Shown one piece after another: positions 39,193 through 53,300 of a DNA stretch of 64,000 nucleotides (its first letter is position 1; each line of letters starts with the position of its first letter). The position numbers and the translations under genes are program-made. The notes below the pieces were generated by a model. It did no database searches. It was not told the DNA's origin and worked only from the letters and a program-made list of their open reading frames with translations. The DNA comes from Rotaria socialis (lineage: Eukaryota), in NCBI GenBank assembly GCA_905331295.1, contig CAJNYD010000014.1:62001-126000 (forward strand), written 5' to 3'.

Positions 39193-40906
39193 AATCGCAC
39201 ATAGAATAAAGAATATCTCCGATTAGAACAAGCGATATCTTAAGAATGCTGTAGATAAAATAAACCGTTTAACATAATGAAAAATTGATATCTTTAGGCT
39301 AGAAAATGATTGATGAAAAATTATTCTATACGACATTCGCATATGATCACAAAGAAAAGATGATGATCGATATTGAATGAGAGACAGCCAATCATCGAAA
39401 GAAAATTATAGCATTTAAATTTTCAATTACAGTATCATAAAATATATTTTATATCTTTGCATTTTTTCAACAATGATGAGTACTGAAAATGTTACTTAAT
39501 ATAACACAATCGGTTTGTTTTTGTTATTGATCATCAAACATTTTCTGTCACGTCAGAATTACTACTAACTAGAGTATACAGTTATTTATCATTTTTATAT
39601 ATTTTGCAATTAATAATGATTTGCGACCGACAGTTTAGTATAGACAACAGACTAAACAAACCGATATTATTGGCATGATACCTTTTGTGAAAATATCTGT
39701 AGCTTTCATTAGATTTGCTTTCTCGTTTTCATTTAATTGAATTGAACAGAGAAAGAGAGAGGACAGTTTCATGCTGTGTATCTGCAAATAGAATCTCATT
39801 ATTATGTAGATTGACTTTAAAATGAAGCTGGAATGATTCGGTGGAGAAAAGATACATCAATACTACTAAAAGAAAAGGTTTAAAAGGTTATGACGACATA
39901 TAAGACAAATATAATACGTCATTATTATCATCAAAACAAAGAGAATCATCATAGGCATAGTATACGATTTGTCTCATAAACAAAGCAAAAATATATGCAA
40001 TAAGTACGCGTACTTTTTGATAGATTTTTTATTTACGGCCTTACCCTTTCGTTTATATTATACCCTATTATAGTACAAATTTATCAAGATGCAACTCCAG
40101 TTAATACAATTCAACGCTTTTGTATATTCTATCGCAGTTTGTTTAGTCAAAAACATCATCTGTTTTGTTATAGCTTTTTAACAGTTGTTTATTTAAGAAA
40201 ATAGAAAAAATATTTTTAATATTTTCATATATAAACAATCTTCAAAACTTCTCTTGCTATACAAGTTAGCGCTTGCAAGTTGACATTATACTTCCCATAG
40301 GCACATGATGCTACGAATGTGACAGCATGACATAAATCTCAACATGCAAATTTAGACTAATAATGAATATATGATAAAACCGTTGGTTATCTTGGCTTGG
40401 TATCGATGCTTAATAAAGAAAATAGTTAAATATCGAGATATTTTTCAAATTTTCTGGATTTAATTTTCATGTTCACTTAAGACTAAAATCACACGATTTA
40501 CTAATTTTTTCTCAAATTCAGCGAGATCAATATTAATCCAAGACTAGCGTAGTCTTAGGCTACAATCAAAACTATTAGAGACATGTATATCTAAATCAGT
40601 GCAGTGTCTCATCTAAAAACCTCTAGCCATCGCCTCTATTTGCATTACTTGCACAAGTTATACTGATTTTTTCATATTTTATTTATAAAGATCACCCTAT
40701 TCACCAGTATTATGTAAATTGTTAAGTACAGCACACCCCAGTTAAAAATGATATATTTATATAGTGTTTCATGTACACACAAAAGAAAAATGAAAGGAAA
40801 AAATATTTATTTATAGATATATATGGATAAATGAAACCAGATTCCATTGACTATTTTAAACTCTGAATAGCTCAAAATACAATACAAAACAAAAACAAGA
40901 CTCTCT

Positions 40907-43643
40907 CTATCTTGTTGTTGATGTATGATATAAAATTGATTGACTAACAATAGGTTTAAGTAAAGCGTAAGCATCGAAAGCATAGGTTTGTGAACTTGAT
41001 GATTGAATAAACATTTGATTTAAAAGTTTTTGCTTCAATTTAATATCACATCTTATTGGCATATCAGCGCCACTTGATGCTTGTTTCATATATTTAGCAA
41101 ATAAATTTGGTATACCGGCAAGCATATTTGAAAAATCTTTTTGTTGTTTCTCATAAATAGCTAATAATTCGATATCGATTGAAAATGATGTTAAACTTTT
41201 ACAACCCATTAAAAATAACTCAGCTGTTTTACGATAATATTCAATAATCCGCGCACATAATATAGCCAAAGAATCAATAGCTTCATCAGATAATGTCTAG
41301 AATAAATAATACATGAGATGTACGGAGAAATTTTAGGCTGCTATTTTATTTTTTTACTTTTTGATCAAGTTCAGTATCACTCCAATCCCATTCAGTAAGA
41401 AATTGATTAGCTGATTCATAAACTTCAAGTAATTTATCCACTGATACTGTTGACCGTAATTGTGTTTGATAGGTAGTAAATTTTTGTGATACAATTTCTA
41501 AGCTTGGTATACGATTATTATCGTTACTGTCGTAGACTGTTGATGAATCTAATGCATTATTTATTTCTTGATCATCATCATCATCTTCTAATAGAAAATA
41601 ATGATTGATTTGTTCAAGAAATTTTTCGTTTCCATGACTCATTGTTTGTAAAGTAATTGATGATTGATTTGATAATAATTCCAGTGCTTCAAAATGTGCA
41701 AGACCTCAAGATAAATAAATTTAAAATTGTTGAAATATTATTTTTGCAAGAAGAGAAAGTTTACCTTGATGCTTTTCAAATAATTGTAAAAATGTCGTCG
41801 CTTCAATTTTTGTTGTAGTTGTTTTTGTTTTTGTTTTTGTTTCTGCTTCACGAATTATCTATTTAGTGAAAATAGAAATAACCAAATGCGCAACTATTTT
41901 GAATAGAACTTACTTCAGATAATGTAGGTTGATTTTGTTTTCTTAATAAACCTCGTGTTCCTTTTAGTGCAGGATCAGCTTCGTTAATTACCTTTTTGTT
42001 TTAAAAACAAAATAGTTTCAATATATTTCAAGGTAATTTTTCAATTCAATACATACATCAAATGTTTTTTTACCAACAGTTTCAAGAACATCTAAACTAC
42101 CAGCAACAACTTTCATACCCTTTAGAAAACAACAAGACAACGTGAAGTGTTATTTTGTTTATATTGACATACGGTATTTGTTAGTTTCCCTATACTTAAA
42201 GCATTAAGCCAACCATCTTGATTTGTAACGAAATCATCGTTTTCTGTCTCATTGGTTGTTACTTCAGGTTCTAAAAATGAATAATTATATTAAGTTTAGA
42301 GGCTAAAATATTTTCTTTTGAATGATTAAAAATAGAATTTTCAATACAGACTATAAAATATATGTAAGAAAAAAAAAAAGAGAATATTCTTTTACTAACC
42401 ATCTTCACTATCCGACGTTTCGCCTTTAATTTTAAACGCCATTTGATTCATTTCGGCTAATTTTTGTGGATCCGGCGCACCAAGACCAGCTTCAACCGAC
42501 TCAATAACAGCACTAAAACCTTCACCTGAAATAATAGATGCATGTCTTTTGTTTTTGAAATATTATAATTGTGAATATTATCGATACATACTAACTGTGT
42601 TTGTTAATGTTGAAACACTTTGTTTAGCTGTTGATAATAATGATCCAAAATTACTCCATGGATTATGCCAAGTTGACTAAGACAAAATCATATAGATTTT
42701 TAGTTAAAAGAATAGCTATTGAATCTACTGCATTTTTTGGTGTTTGTTCAGCAAGTTGGTCTAGAATACGATGTGCATCTTTGACATCATGCTCATGTTT
42801 TTTGGTTGCTTTTATTGATGACGATGTTTCTTGATGCTGCTGCTCATTTGAAGTGGATACTTGAGTGTGTAATTTATTATCTTCTTTGTTTAAATTTAAG
42901 TCAGCTTGTTCTTTATGATATTTTTTCCGTTGTACATGTAGTTGATCGAATGATTCAGATTGATCATCTTCATCAGAACCAACTAGCGATAAATTATCAC
43001 CTACTTTTGAAGGTGTCGATGAATGAGATGATATAGAATCTTGGTTTAATGTTTTGGAAATTTTTATTGAAGTTTCAATTGGTTGTTCATCATCAATATT
43101 CCAATCATCCCAACCATCAGTTACTATTGGTGAATCAGGTCTTGATTGAACTTGATTGTCACTGGCCAATGATGGTTTTGGATCAGATGGAGACAATGCA
43201 GGAGGGAGAATTAGAGGTTTAGCTACCGTGGATGAGGATGATGGATCCATCTTTTTAGGAGAACTTTCAAATGTAATTGCAGAAGGTGGAGTTGCAACTT
43301 TAGTTATTGAAAGAGGAGGTGGAGTTACAGATTTACTTGCTGGAAGAGGTGGTGGACTTGCAGGTTTAGACACTGGAGGTGTAGTTGGATGTCTAATAAC
43401 TGGAGGAGGTGGTGGAGTTGCAGCTCTATGAACTGGAGGAGGTGGTGGAGTTGCAGGTCTAATAACTGGAGGAGGCGGTGGAGTTGCAGGTCTAATAACT
43501 GGAGGAGGCGGTGGAGTTGCAGGTTTTGCCGTTGGCAGCGGTAGTGAAGTTTCAGATTTAGTTATTGGAGGAGTTGTTGGTTCACCTTCATCGGCACTTT
43601 CGAATTCATCATTACTATCATCGTCTCTATCAGAAGTTGACAT
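40907..43643 (-). CDS. FAM114A: FAM114A / Noxp20 family protein, multi-exon
   Basis: WSNFGSLLSTAKQSVSTL...GEGFSAVIESVEAGLGAPDP, VVAGSLDVLETVGKKTFDVINEADP and FEKHQGLAHFEALELLSNQS match recalled FAM114 motifs. Confidence 0.85.
43375..43522 (-). repeat. Coding 33-bp minisatellite encoding (ATPPPPPVIRP)n in FAM114
   Basis: About 4 copies of GGAGGAGG(C/T)GGTGGAGTTGCAGGTCTAATAACT on the + strand. Confidence 0.92.
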
Positions 43644-44205
43644 TTTTGCAGATATTAACAAATTGGGAAAATAATTATTTTGTCGAGAAAATGGGTTTTA
43701 GCTCTGTATGTAACAATCAACACATATACTGAGTAAAATACAAAAACTATGCTTATGATCAATGAATCATACTTTCTCAATCACGAGTAGCTTTTTGCGA
43801 TTTTTCAACCTATAATAAGTATTTTACAATTGGTTCTTGATGCTGCGTTTTTTATAAAATGCGATAGTTAGTGACATCTTTTTGATGCATGATTTGGTAA
43901 TGTTTAGTTCCATGATAGCTAATATAGTATAATTCATACTTTAGTGTGCTTTAACTTGAGATATCAATAGATATATTGTTCTTATTTGCAAAAATTGTCC
44001 ACAGAGACAGAGAAGTACAATATATCAGTATGCTTAAAACCGTATAGAGACTAATTTGTGTTTGACAAACGATGCATTTTTTAGGTTTTTACGAAAATGT
44101 GAAACAAAAGATACCATCAAACGGGAAAATAAACGATTTGAATCATTCATAGATCAATTGAAAATTATCAAAAAGCTGATTCATTTTAATTGATTTCCAA
44201 CGAGA

Positions 44206-44431
44206 CCCAGGTCAAACATTCCTGCCACCGGATCCCGTAGGATACTCCAGGAAATATGCGGAAAAGTCACCATATCCTGCAGGAAAACACGGAAAACCGC
44301 TGGAACATGGAAGCAGTATTCCGGTGAAAAATATAGCCGAACTTTCCCGGCGGATTCCTGCTAAGTTCAGGTGCTTTCCGGTAGGAATTGATCGGAACCG
44401 GCCGTTTCCAGGTCGAACTGTTCGACCTGGG
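44206..44431. mobile_element. Non-autonomous DNA transposon (MITE), CMC/EnSpm-like, copy 2
   Basis: Same CCCAGGTC...GACCTGGG termini as 10415-10732 and a shared internal motif CGCTGGAA..TGGAAGCAGTATTCC. Flanks are GA/AA. Confidence 0.82.
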
Positions 44432-45958
44432 AAGTGTGAGTTCTATTTCTCCCCTACTTCTGCTCGGCACTTGAATATGATATATGCTAATTTTTGGAGG
44501 CTTTTCCTTTTGTCAAATCTGTTCTAGCTCATTCAAACGTGAAGATAACTCTTTTCATCTTGCATACACAACTTATGGTGTTCTATCGAGTGATAGATAA
44601 TATATTTTTATTTTTATGATTGACATTAAGTCTCATCCGAGTAAGACAGAGATAAGAATAAAATAAATGAATTCAATCCCCATCAACTGCAACTTTAAAT
44701 CTCGATAGTTCACTGTTGTCGCACACTCATCACTATTAGCAAGACGAAAAAAACCAACATCTTGTCTTTCGAAGTATGCTCGTTCTATTCTTTGACTTTC
44801 TGCAACAAAATCAAATATTGAACAGAACTTTTTAGAATTAAAATCAGCTTGAAATCCATGAAGATCACATATTCAGATAAATAAAAGTGTTTCAAACAAT
44901 CGATGCTCGATTCTGTACTGACGGTTGATTTACTATATTCAATTTAAATGAATGATATCGATCTTCATCATTGATCGAAGCTGAATTTTCAACCTTATAC
45001 TAACAGTAGAATAGCATTAATTGTGTCGTTCATCAGTTGAGCTGGCCAATGTTTACATACCACTAGTATTTACCATCAATGATCAAAAGATCGACGTTAT
45101 TTTTCAATATTTACAAAAATTAGGATCTGCTTATATACATATTGGTTTCTTCTACACAGATACTTACAGCTGATTCAAGGGTATAATCGTACAGGAAATG
45201 AAAAGAAACTGGATTGCATGTCATAAAATAAATTTGATTTTTTTTAGTCGTGTAATCAGTAGAGAAAAACTGTTTAGTTAACTTTTGTCGCAATCGAAAC
45301 TAGATAAAGAGATTTTCAAACCCATACCATACGCTTTCGAATTAACTCATTTGTTTTTATGCACTTAACGTCGACAACATACACGAGAAAAGCAGTGTGT
45401 GAGCCGAGGGTTTAAGTTAAGACACTTCTGGTATATATTTGAGAATCATGGTGCACTTTTAATAAACTAAGCTACAATTTAAGCAAGTGACTACTCTAAT
45501 TACGACTTGTATTATTGCATTTTGAATAAGCCATAGATTATTTGCCTATGCGTAACAACGTTTCAGCCAGACCTAGAAAAGTAACAACAATAAACATTGA
45601 AATTGCATTTCTATCTGGTAAACGATCATTGTCGCTAATATGGGTATGGGTGTAAATTAGAATGATTGAATATGACATAATAATCTTTGGGCCAAAATGA
45701 AATAAGTGAGGTGTCATTGTTCATGAAATATAATGACACCAAATCTCGAACAGTATCAGTGACAACAAGAGAAATCCACAAAAACGATATTATTTATCAT
45801 CCTAGCATGCTCTGTATTTTGATACGCCATCTCTTTCCTTCTATTTTGATTGGTGTGTTTGATGAACAAATATGTAAAATAATTCTTTTCATATATGCAA
45901 CTAATAATATTCGACAAGAATTATAATCCAAGTATTGTCTCATGCCATATTGAATGAG

Positions 45959-47726
45959 ATGAATCTCGGCAGTGTAAAATCGGCCAAAGATGGCCTACTT
46001 TTTGTTGGCTTCAATCAAGATGCTAGTAAGATTTAATAATATTTATTTTCTTATCTTTAGTTAAAGAAATCATCTGTAGATTGTTTTGCGTGTGGTCTTG
46101 AAAATGGTTTTCGTATATATAATGCAGATCCACTGCGTCAAACACAACGGCAAGGTAAAGCCTAAAAGTTCATGTTTGTTTCTAGCATTATATTCATTTC
46201 TTTTTGTAGATTTCGGAGATGGTGGTATTGGACAAGTAGAAATGTTATTTCGATGTAACTATGTTGCACTGGTTGGTGGTGGAAAATCACCTAAATATTC
46301 TCCATCAAAAGGTTAGTAATACGAAAGCACAACAATAATGAATACAATGAATTTTTGGTGAAATATGATAAATGTTTTACAAAACAAAAAAATTACACTT
46401 TGATCTCGGAGTTATGCTATTAGGCAATCATCAAAGAGATGAAAGATGATTGTACATTTTTTCTTCTTTTTAACAGTGATGATTTGGGATGATGCAAAGA
46501 AACGTATCGTTATTGAACTTGAATTTTCAACAGAGGTGAAAGGTGTTCGTTTACGTCGAGATAGGTATGCATGAAAAACACTCTATTTTCAAACGAAACG
46601 AATACAAAAAATTTTCTTCGTATTCGGCTAGAATTATTGTTATTCTTGAAACAATGATCAAAGTTTACACGTTTACACAAAATCCTCAACAGTTACATGT
46701 TTTTGAAACGTGTACTAATACTCGTGGTACGAATACATTTATTTATTGAAATTTTCTATCTTTTCGTTTGCAATTTCATCAATCAATTCCAATAGGTCTT
46801 TGCGTTGTATGTCCATCGGGTTCAAAATCATTTATAGCTTATCCTAGTCGAACAATTGGTCAAGTTTGTTTAGTTGATTTAGCTGCAACAGAAAAACCTG
46901 TTGTGGAAATTCATGCACATGAAGCATCTATTATGTGTAAGTTTTGTTGATGATTGAAATAACCAAATAATAATGTTAAACTTATAGATCTTGCTATGAA
47001 TATGACTGGTACACGATTAGCTACTGCCTCTGAAAAAGTATTGAATTGTCATAATTTGTTTTGAAATTTATTATTATCGTAAAATTATAGGGAACTTTGA
47101 TAAGAATATTTGATACAGACACAAGTCAATTACTGAATGAGCTAAGACGTGGTGCTCATCATGCAACAATTTACTGGTAATAGGTTTTTAGGTAAATTTT
47201 GATTCATAATTTTATTTTATTTTCGCTTTTAGTATAAATTTTAATCAAGATTCAACACTTTTATGTGTATCCAGTGATCATTCAACGGTACATATTTTTT
47301 ATATAGAAGAATCAAATAAGAATAAAACACGTTCAGCAAGGTTTGTTTTTGTTGTTATTTTTCGAAATGTTTTTTGTTTTATTGAGTTTGTTTTGAAAAG
47401 CAGTGCTGTAGCATTTTTACCCAAGTATTTTAATTCACAATGGAGTTCTTGCAAATTTCATCTACCAGAAAATACGAGCAGTATTTGCGCATTTGGTCCT
47501 AATTCAGATGCTAATAAAACAGTGATTGGTATGTCGTATTTGTTTCTCGTTAGATTATGAAATCATTTGTTTTTTTTTGTTATTTATTTCTAAAGCTCTT
47601 TGTTCTGACGGCTCATATTCTCGTTTTTTAATTACACCGAAAGGTGAATGCATACAAGATCAATGTCGGCAATTTCTTGAAGTGGGTGAAGATGGTTCGA
47701 GTCTTATTGGTGCTACAGCGATTTAA
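45959..47726 (+). CDS. WDR45B: WD repeat phosphoinositide-interacting protein 3 (PROPPIN, Atg18 family), multi-exon
   Basis: [41 protein letters not shown]...[21 protein letters not shown]...[22 protein letters not shown], the phosphoinositide-binding motif ELRRG, and [11 protein letters not shown]. Confidence 0.95.
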
Positions 47727-47894
47727 TTAAGAAGTTTTCAAGTGTAATACGAACTATATATTTATCCTATTTGTTTATTTTTTTCTCTCTCGTTGTGTAT
47801 AAACAAAATATCAACATCATCGATTCGATTATAATTGTGATTTTGTTTGAAGCCAGATGTTAATAAATGAAATTCTTTCTTTTTGTTCTTTGAG

Positions 47895-48623
47895 ATGAAT
47901 ACTATAACAAGATGTTTATCTCTATTGGTAAAGCAGAGATCAATCTTTCAACAACATTCAATGTTCGTGCGAACTATCCCGTAAGGTTTTCTTATTGAAT
48001 TCAACAGACGAGAAAAAACAAACTTTGCTTTTTATTTTATACAGAAAATTCGTTCCCGATAATGTTCATCACGATAAGGAAGTTCAGCAATTGTATACTA
48101 AAGTAAATAATCTTGTTAAGGATAAATTTCATCGTCGACTATTTGCTGTGATTCAAATTGGTAATGAACAAAGAAAAGTCACAACAGAAGATATTATTTG
48201 TAAAGTTGATGAATTTCATCCAACAATTGGTGATCGAATTCGATTTGAAAAAGTTAGTTTCTCTAATTGAATAGAAAATGATAAGAAAAATAATTATTTT
48301 CGTTTTCGTTTTCGTTTTAAGGTTCTTCTTGTTGGTAGTTCAGATTTTACAGTCGTTGGACGACCTATTCTTAATCCACATTTCGTTCGAGTTGAAGGAA
48401 TTGTCATTGAAAAAACTTTATCACAAACTCAAATGGAATATTGGTATGCACCAAGAAAGAAAAAAGTTGGTGATAGAAATTTACGTATGTAAAATTTTAT
48501 GATTATCATAAGAAAACTTAACCGTTTTCTTTTATAGTTTGGAGGGATCCATTGACTATGATTCGTATCACAAACATTGAACTACTTGGACCAATACCAG
48601 GAACCAATCAGTCGGATTCATGA
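47895..48623 (+). CDS. MRPL21: Mitochondrial ribosomal protein L21 (bL21m), 4 exons
   Basis: Presequence-like MNTITRCLSLLVKQRSIF, RLFAVIQIGNEQRKVTTEDII...IGDRIRFEKVLLVGSSDFTVVGRPIL...VRVEGIVIEKT and LTMIRITNIE. Confidence 0.92.
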
Positions 48624-50364
48624 TGATTGTCTTTTTTTTTGATAAAGAGAATTTGTGTTAGGACTGTTTTCTCGATGGTAAATATAGGATGATTTTTTTT
48701 GTCAAATGACAAACATAAATTGTTCGGAACATTAAGACAAGTCGAGTGTTGAACTTTTGTTTATCTGTGCAGTAGCCAGTGGTTCCCGTACATAGTTATC
48801 ATTCATGAAACGGAAATTCAATGATACGTTGTGACGTGAATATATAACGAAGCCGACAGGTGCACGTGAAAGAATTTGTCCTACGAAGCTCTTGACATGT
48901 CTGCTCTTCCGGTAAACAGCACACTATAAAAAAAACTCACTGAGAACATAGAGTCTTCTTATCAATTTCAAAAAGGAAATTAAATAGCTAATTAGATCTA
49001 TAAATATAGTTTTTTACCCAACTTTAAAGATTTTATGATTGAAGATTGTGGAGAACCGATCATGCCATAAAAACCAAGGAGAGATTCTCAGAACATGATA
49101 ACTCGCTTATAAATATATAGATTTCCCTACTGTTCGTTATTTGATTTATCTTTAAAATGATTCGCCGATATACATATAAGATAAAAACGTCGAATATTTC
49201 TCATATGAATCCATGAAGTTCAATGAAATATGTATTCATCATAGAATACTATTTAAATGTTTTATATGATTATCTACCGATAGTATTTAAAAGATTACAT
49301 TGGATAATAGTTTATAGCAATCGAAATGAATACTTATTTCACCATCTCGCGTATCATGTAAATAGTATGAATTCTGAACAGATTCATATTCATGTTAGAA
49401 CACTAAAATTAAGTATAGTTATGTTTTTCTATAGTAACTATTATACATCAGTTCACCCTTAGAAAATAAAAAAATATTTTATTTCTGTGATAGTAATAAA
49501 ATATTGTTATCTATGTTCAATACTTCCATTAACTCATTTGATTCGAACTGAAGAAAAACCATTACAAAAAAAAAGGTGTTTGCCATTTATGCGTGCAAAT
49601 ATTTTTTGACTTTATCGTGTTTTTGTGGGTGATATGATGAGTAAATTCACAATATGAATGTTTGGGAAAACAAATATTAATCAATCGATTTACGTACATG
49701 TCCTTGTGCGTGAAATACAGATATGATCAAACTATTATTCTAGTACATAACCGTGGAAATAGGGCTGTACAATATAGTAATTTGAAATATATTTTTCTCA
49801 TATATTTATTTAGCGATGCAAATCATAAAGACATTATGAGTTACTAGGCTATAAAATAGTGTTATAGTTTCTGCTAACCTTTTCTCGTCATGATTTTTTT
49901 AAATGTTTTCATTTAGTTTTACAAATAAATTGTTAATGCGGCCAGCACAAGGCAGACAACGAAAACCAAACTAAACAATACAACTTATTAGATACGAACA
50001 TACACACACATATAAACTATTGAAAGCAGATAGACAAACGGTTACTCATTAGTACATAAAGATAAGGAAAAATGATTCTATAAATAAAAATGGAAGAAAC
50101 AGAGAGAGAGAGAGAGAGAGATGGTATAAACTGATAAAATAAATGTCTACTGAGTTTTTCATACATGTCACGCGTGAATTTCATTAGTCTTTATCAAGAA
50201 AGACGTATGCATGCGCTGCTTGTCATGAAGAATTTTGTTCTCGAAATTAAATAAAAAGAAAAACATAAATTGATCACTGCTTCTTACAACTATCTGAGGG
50301 TAAAAATAAGTTCGACATTGGAAATTAAAAAGAAAGAAAGAAAACAAAGAGAAAAAAAGTTTCA

Positions 50365-53300
50365 TCACATTTTTGTTGTCTCATTATTATTGCTCGTATT
50401 TGAGCTAGTTCGTTGACGTTGATCAGAATTATCATTTGGTATTGATGCGTCTGGCTGTTGAACTACGATAGACGGTAGTTGTTGATTTAATGGAGTAAGT
50501 GTTAGTTCATGCGAAGGAGCTACCAATGGACGCTCTTCATCTGGACCAAGCAAACTTATACTTAATTTACGGATTCTAAAATCAAAAAAAAAAGAACTAT
50601 CAATGTTGAATTGGTTTTTATTAATTAAAATAAGAACTTTTTTTTCAAAGCTGATCCACGTGATGGTTTATCAGTTGTTGACTGTTTTTGATGTTCTTTT
50701 CTTTCGGGCGCTGTTGATTCTTTATCTTTTGTCTTCGATATTGATTTCCACATTGATGTTTTACCAACTTCTTCAGAAAAATTGATGACACCTGTTGACG
50801 GATCAATCTGTAGAGGTAAAACAAACCGAAGAAATATTTGATGAGGAAACAAAGACGAAATAATCAATAATTACTTTAACATTTTTTGTTGGTCCTTTCA
50901 TTGCTACACTATCGCTAACTGCTGTACGAATTCCGCCATTATCAATTGTGACTGATTCATGGTTCTAGAAAAAGTTCAAAAAACATTAATAATAAAAAGG
51001 CCTTGACTAAAAAATACAACAGTCTCTAATTATTTAAAGAAGTTTTTAATTTAAAATAAATTATAAATGAAACGCGATAATCCGTAGGATTAAAAAGCAT
51101 ATGCTCTAGAAACTCATGAATTAGTAGCAGACTACATATTGTGAATGATATCAAAGTACTTCTTGCATGTTTAATCTTTATTTTATGACTTTAAAGCTCA
51201 GTCATTCCGTTCTTCTACGATCTTGTTGAATGTTCAGCAAAACAGGTGAAGAAATGTTTATCTCTCTTTTAGAGAAAAAAACCCAATGTTTATCCTGAGT
51301 ACATGGTCCTATCAGCGATGTTTTTCGGATGTCTCTCTCTCTCTTTCTCTCTAAATGTAAGTATTAATTACAACGAACGATAGCATTTGTATAAAATGAA
51401 TTCATCTTAGCCTACAAGAAATTTAACAACATGTAAAGTTTAATTAAACATTCAATTTTGCAACTTACAGCTCAAAAATAAAGCATCGGTTGTCTATTTT
51501 TGAAATTGAGCCGTATCCTATCTTAACTAATATCGTTTATACGGTATCGCGTCAGACTCTTTTGCTTGTTTGTCTGCTTAAAATATATGTTCGAACGAAT
51601 TTCTTTGGTGAAAGAGAATTAAGATATTTGCCTTTTATTTGAAGATATAGATTAACTGTTACACAAGTATTTATGTAATACATTCTATATGGGACACATG
51701 AAAACCTTATCTCTTCAACAGAATTCGAGACATCGAAGTTCATGCAACATTTTTACATTGATTCTCAAAATACTGTTATTAAAAACGAAATTTTCTCTAA
51801 ATCTTAATTAATGAAGCTAAACAAACCTTTCCATCTAAATCCGATTCATCAATAACACTATTTCGTCTTTCTTCAATTTCTTTCTTAACAACTTCTGGCA
51901 TAATATCATCTAAATATTCAAGTTCACGCTGTGTAAATATATAATCCATGGCTTTTCTTGCACCAACTAATGCTAAAACCATAATGGGAAATAATATTGA
52001 TATACTTTTGATTGATTTTATCGTCCATAATAGAACTAAACAACTTAATTGTATCAATGTAAATATATGTACACGACTTGTTCGAACATGACGAAGATAA
52101 ACATAATCTGGTTGATATTTTTCAGGCATTAAGATTAATAATATACGTGATATTAATTGTATTTCTTTCATTGATGATATACCCATATAAAGAAAAACTC
52201 CATAAAGTACTGGCATTGGTATAAAGCCTAAGAGTTTTGTTAAAAATACCGAAAGACCAATAAATAGAAATACAACAAAACCAGTGAGGCGTTGTTCTTG
52301 AACACCTAAAAATTTTGGTTTTTCACCTGGAGCTGCTGTTTCAGATTCAAGTTTGAGTGCAATGACATGATTAATTGAAAGTACAGTAGCTGCTACAAAC
52401 CATGGAAGACCCAGTATAGAATTAATAACAATACATATTGTTACAATCAATAGATCTAGATGATAACCGCATCCTTTCTATTTACAAAAAATAAAACAGT
52501 AAAACAATAAAGAATCGTTTTTTTCTTTGTTATGAATCACAATTATCATTCAAATTACTTTAAGTTTATTTTCTTTTCGATTTATAATAACTGCTGTAAT
52601 TTGTTGATCCATAAAAATAAGTATTGTAGCTAATAGTGCTGGCAATATTGCAGCAAACCAAATGTAAGGAGGATTTTTTCCGAATGGATTTATAATCCAA
52701 CCTCGGCCTGGTTTCGTTGTGGCAAAATTCTTTGGAACACTTAATTTTGGTGTATCAAGACCCATTAAATAATCAAAAAATACGTTAATAAATATAGCTA
52801 AGACAACACCAAAGTCGCTCACTCTTGAACGAATCTAAATAAGAATTTAGCAACAATAGGAGTTTCAGAAGAAATAAAAAGAATCGAATACGAACACCCA
52901 TCGATAAAAATCGAGAAAACTTGAAGTTTTTTAATGTATATGCTAATATAAATGTTGATGCAAATAGAAGAATTGAGAAGAAAAATACATCTGGGACATA
53001 TGCTTTTGTACTTAAACTATCACATTGTGAACCAATAAAATTGTAAGCTTTGTCTTGGAAGCATTTCTGAATTTGCAATAAGAAAATTTCATTTTCCAAA
53101 ATAAAAATAAAAAAGTATCTTTACGCTTATTGTCTTTGTTTCTGTCCAATTCACTGCGCCATCAGATTTTATACAAGTACAATTTAATGGTAAAGTTTCA
53201 ACAGTATGTAATCGAACAGGTTGATTATGATTAATTTCAATCATTTTATCAAAAGCTTCATAGATAAATATAATGCCGATAAGAGCAGCGAAACTTTCCT

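Noticed and set aside
43156..43431. Gly-rich antisense ORF
   Set aside because: It is the antisense shadow of the Pro-rich FAM114 exon.
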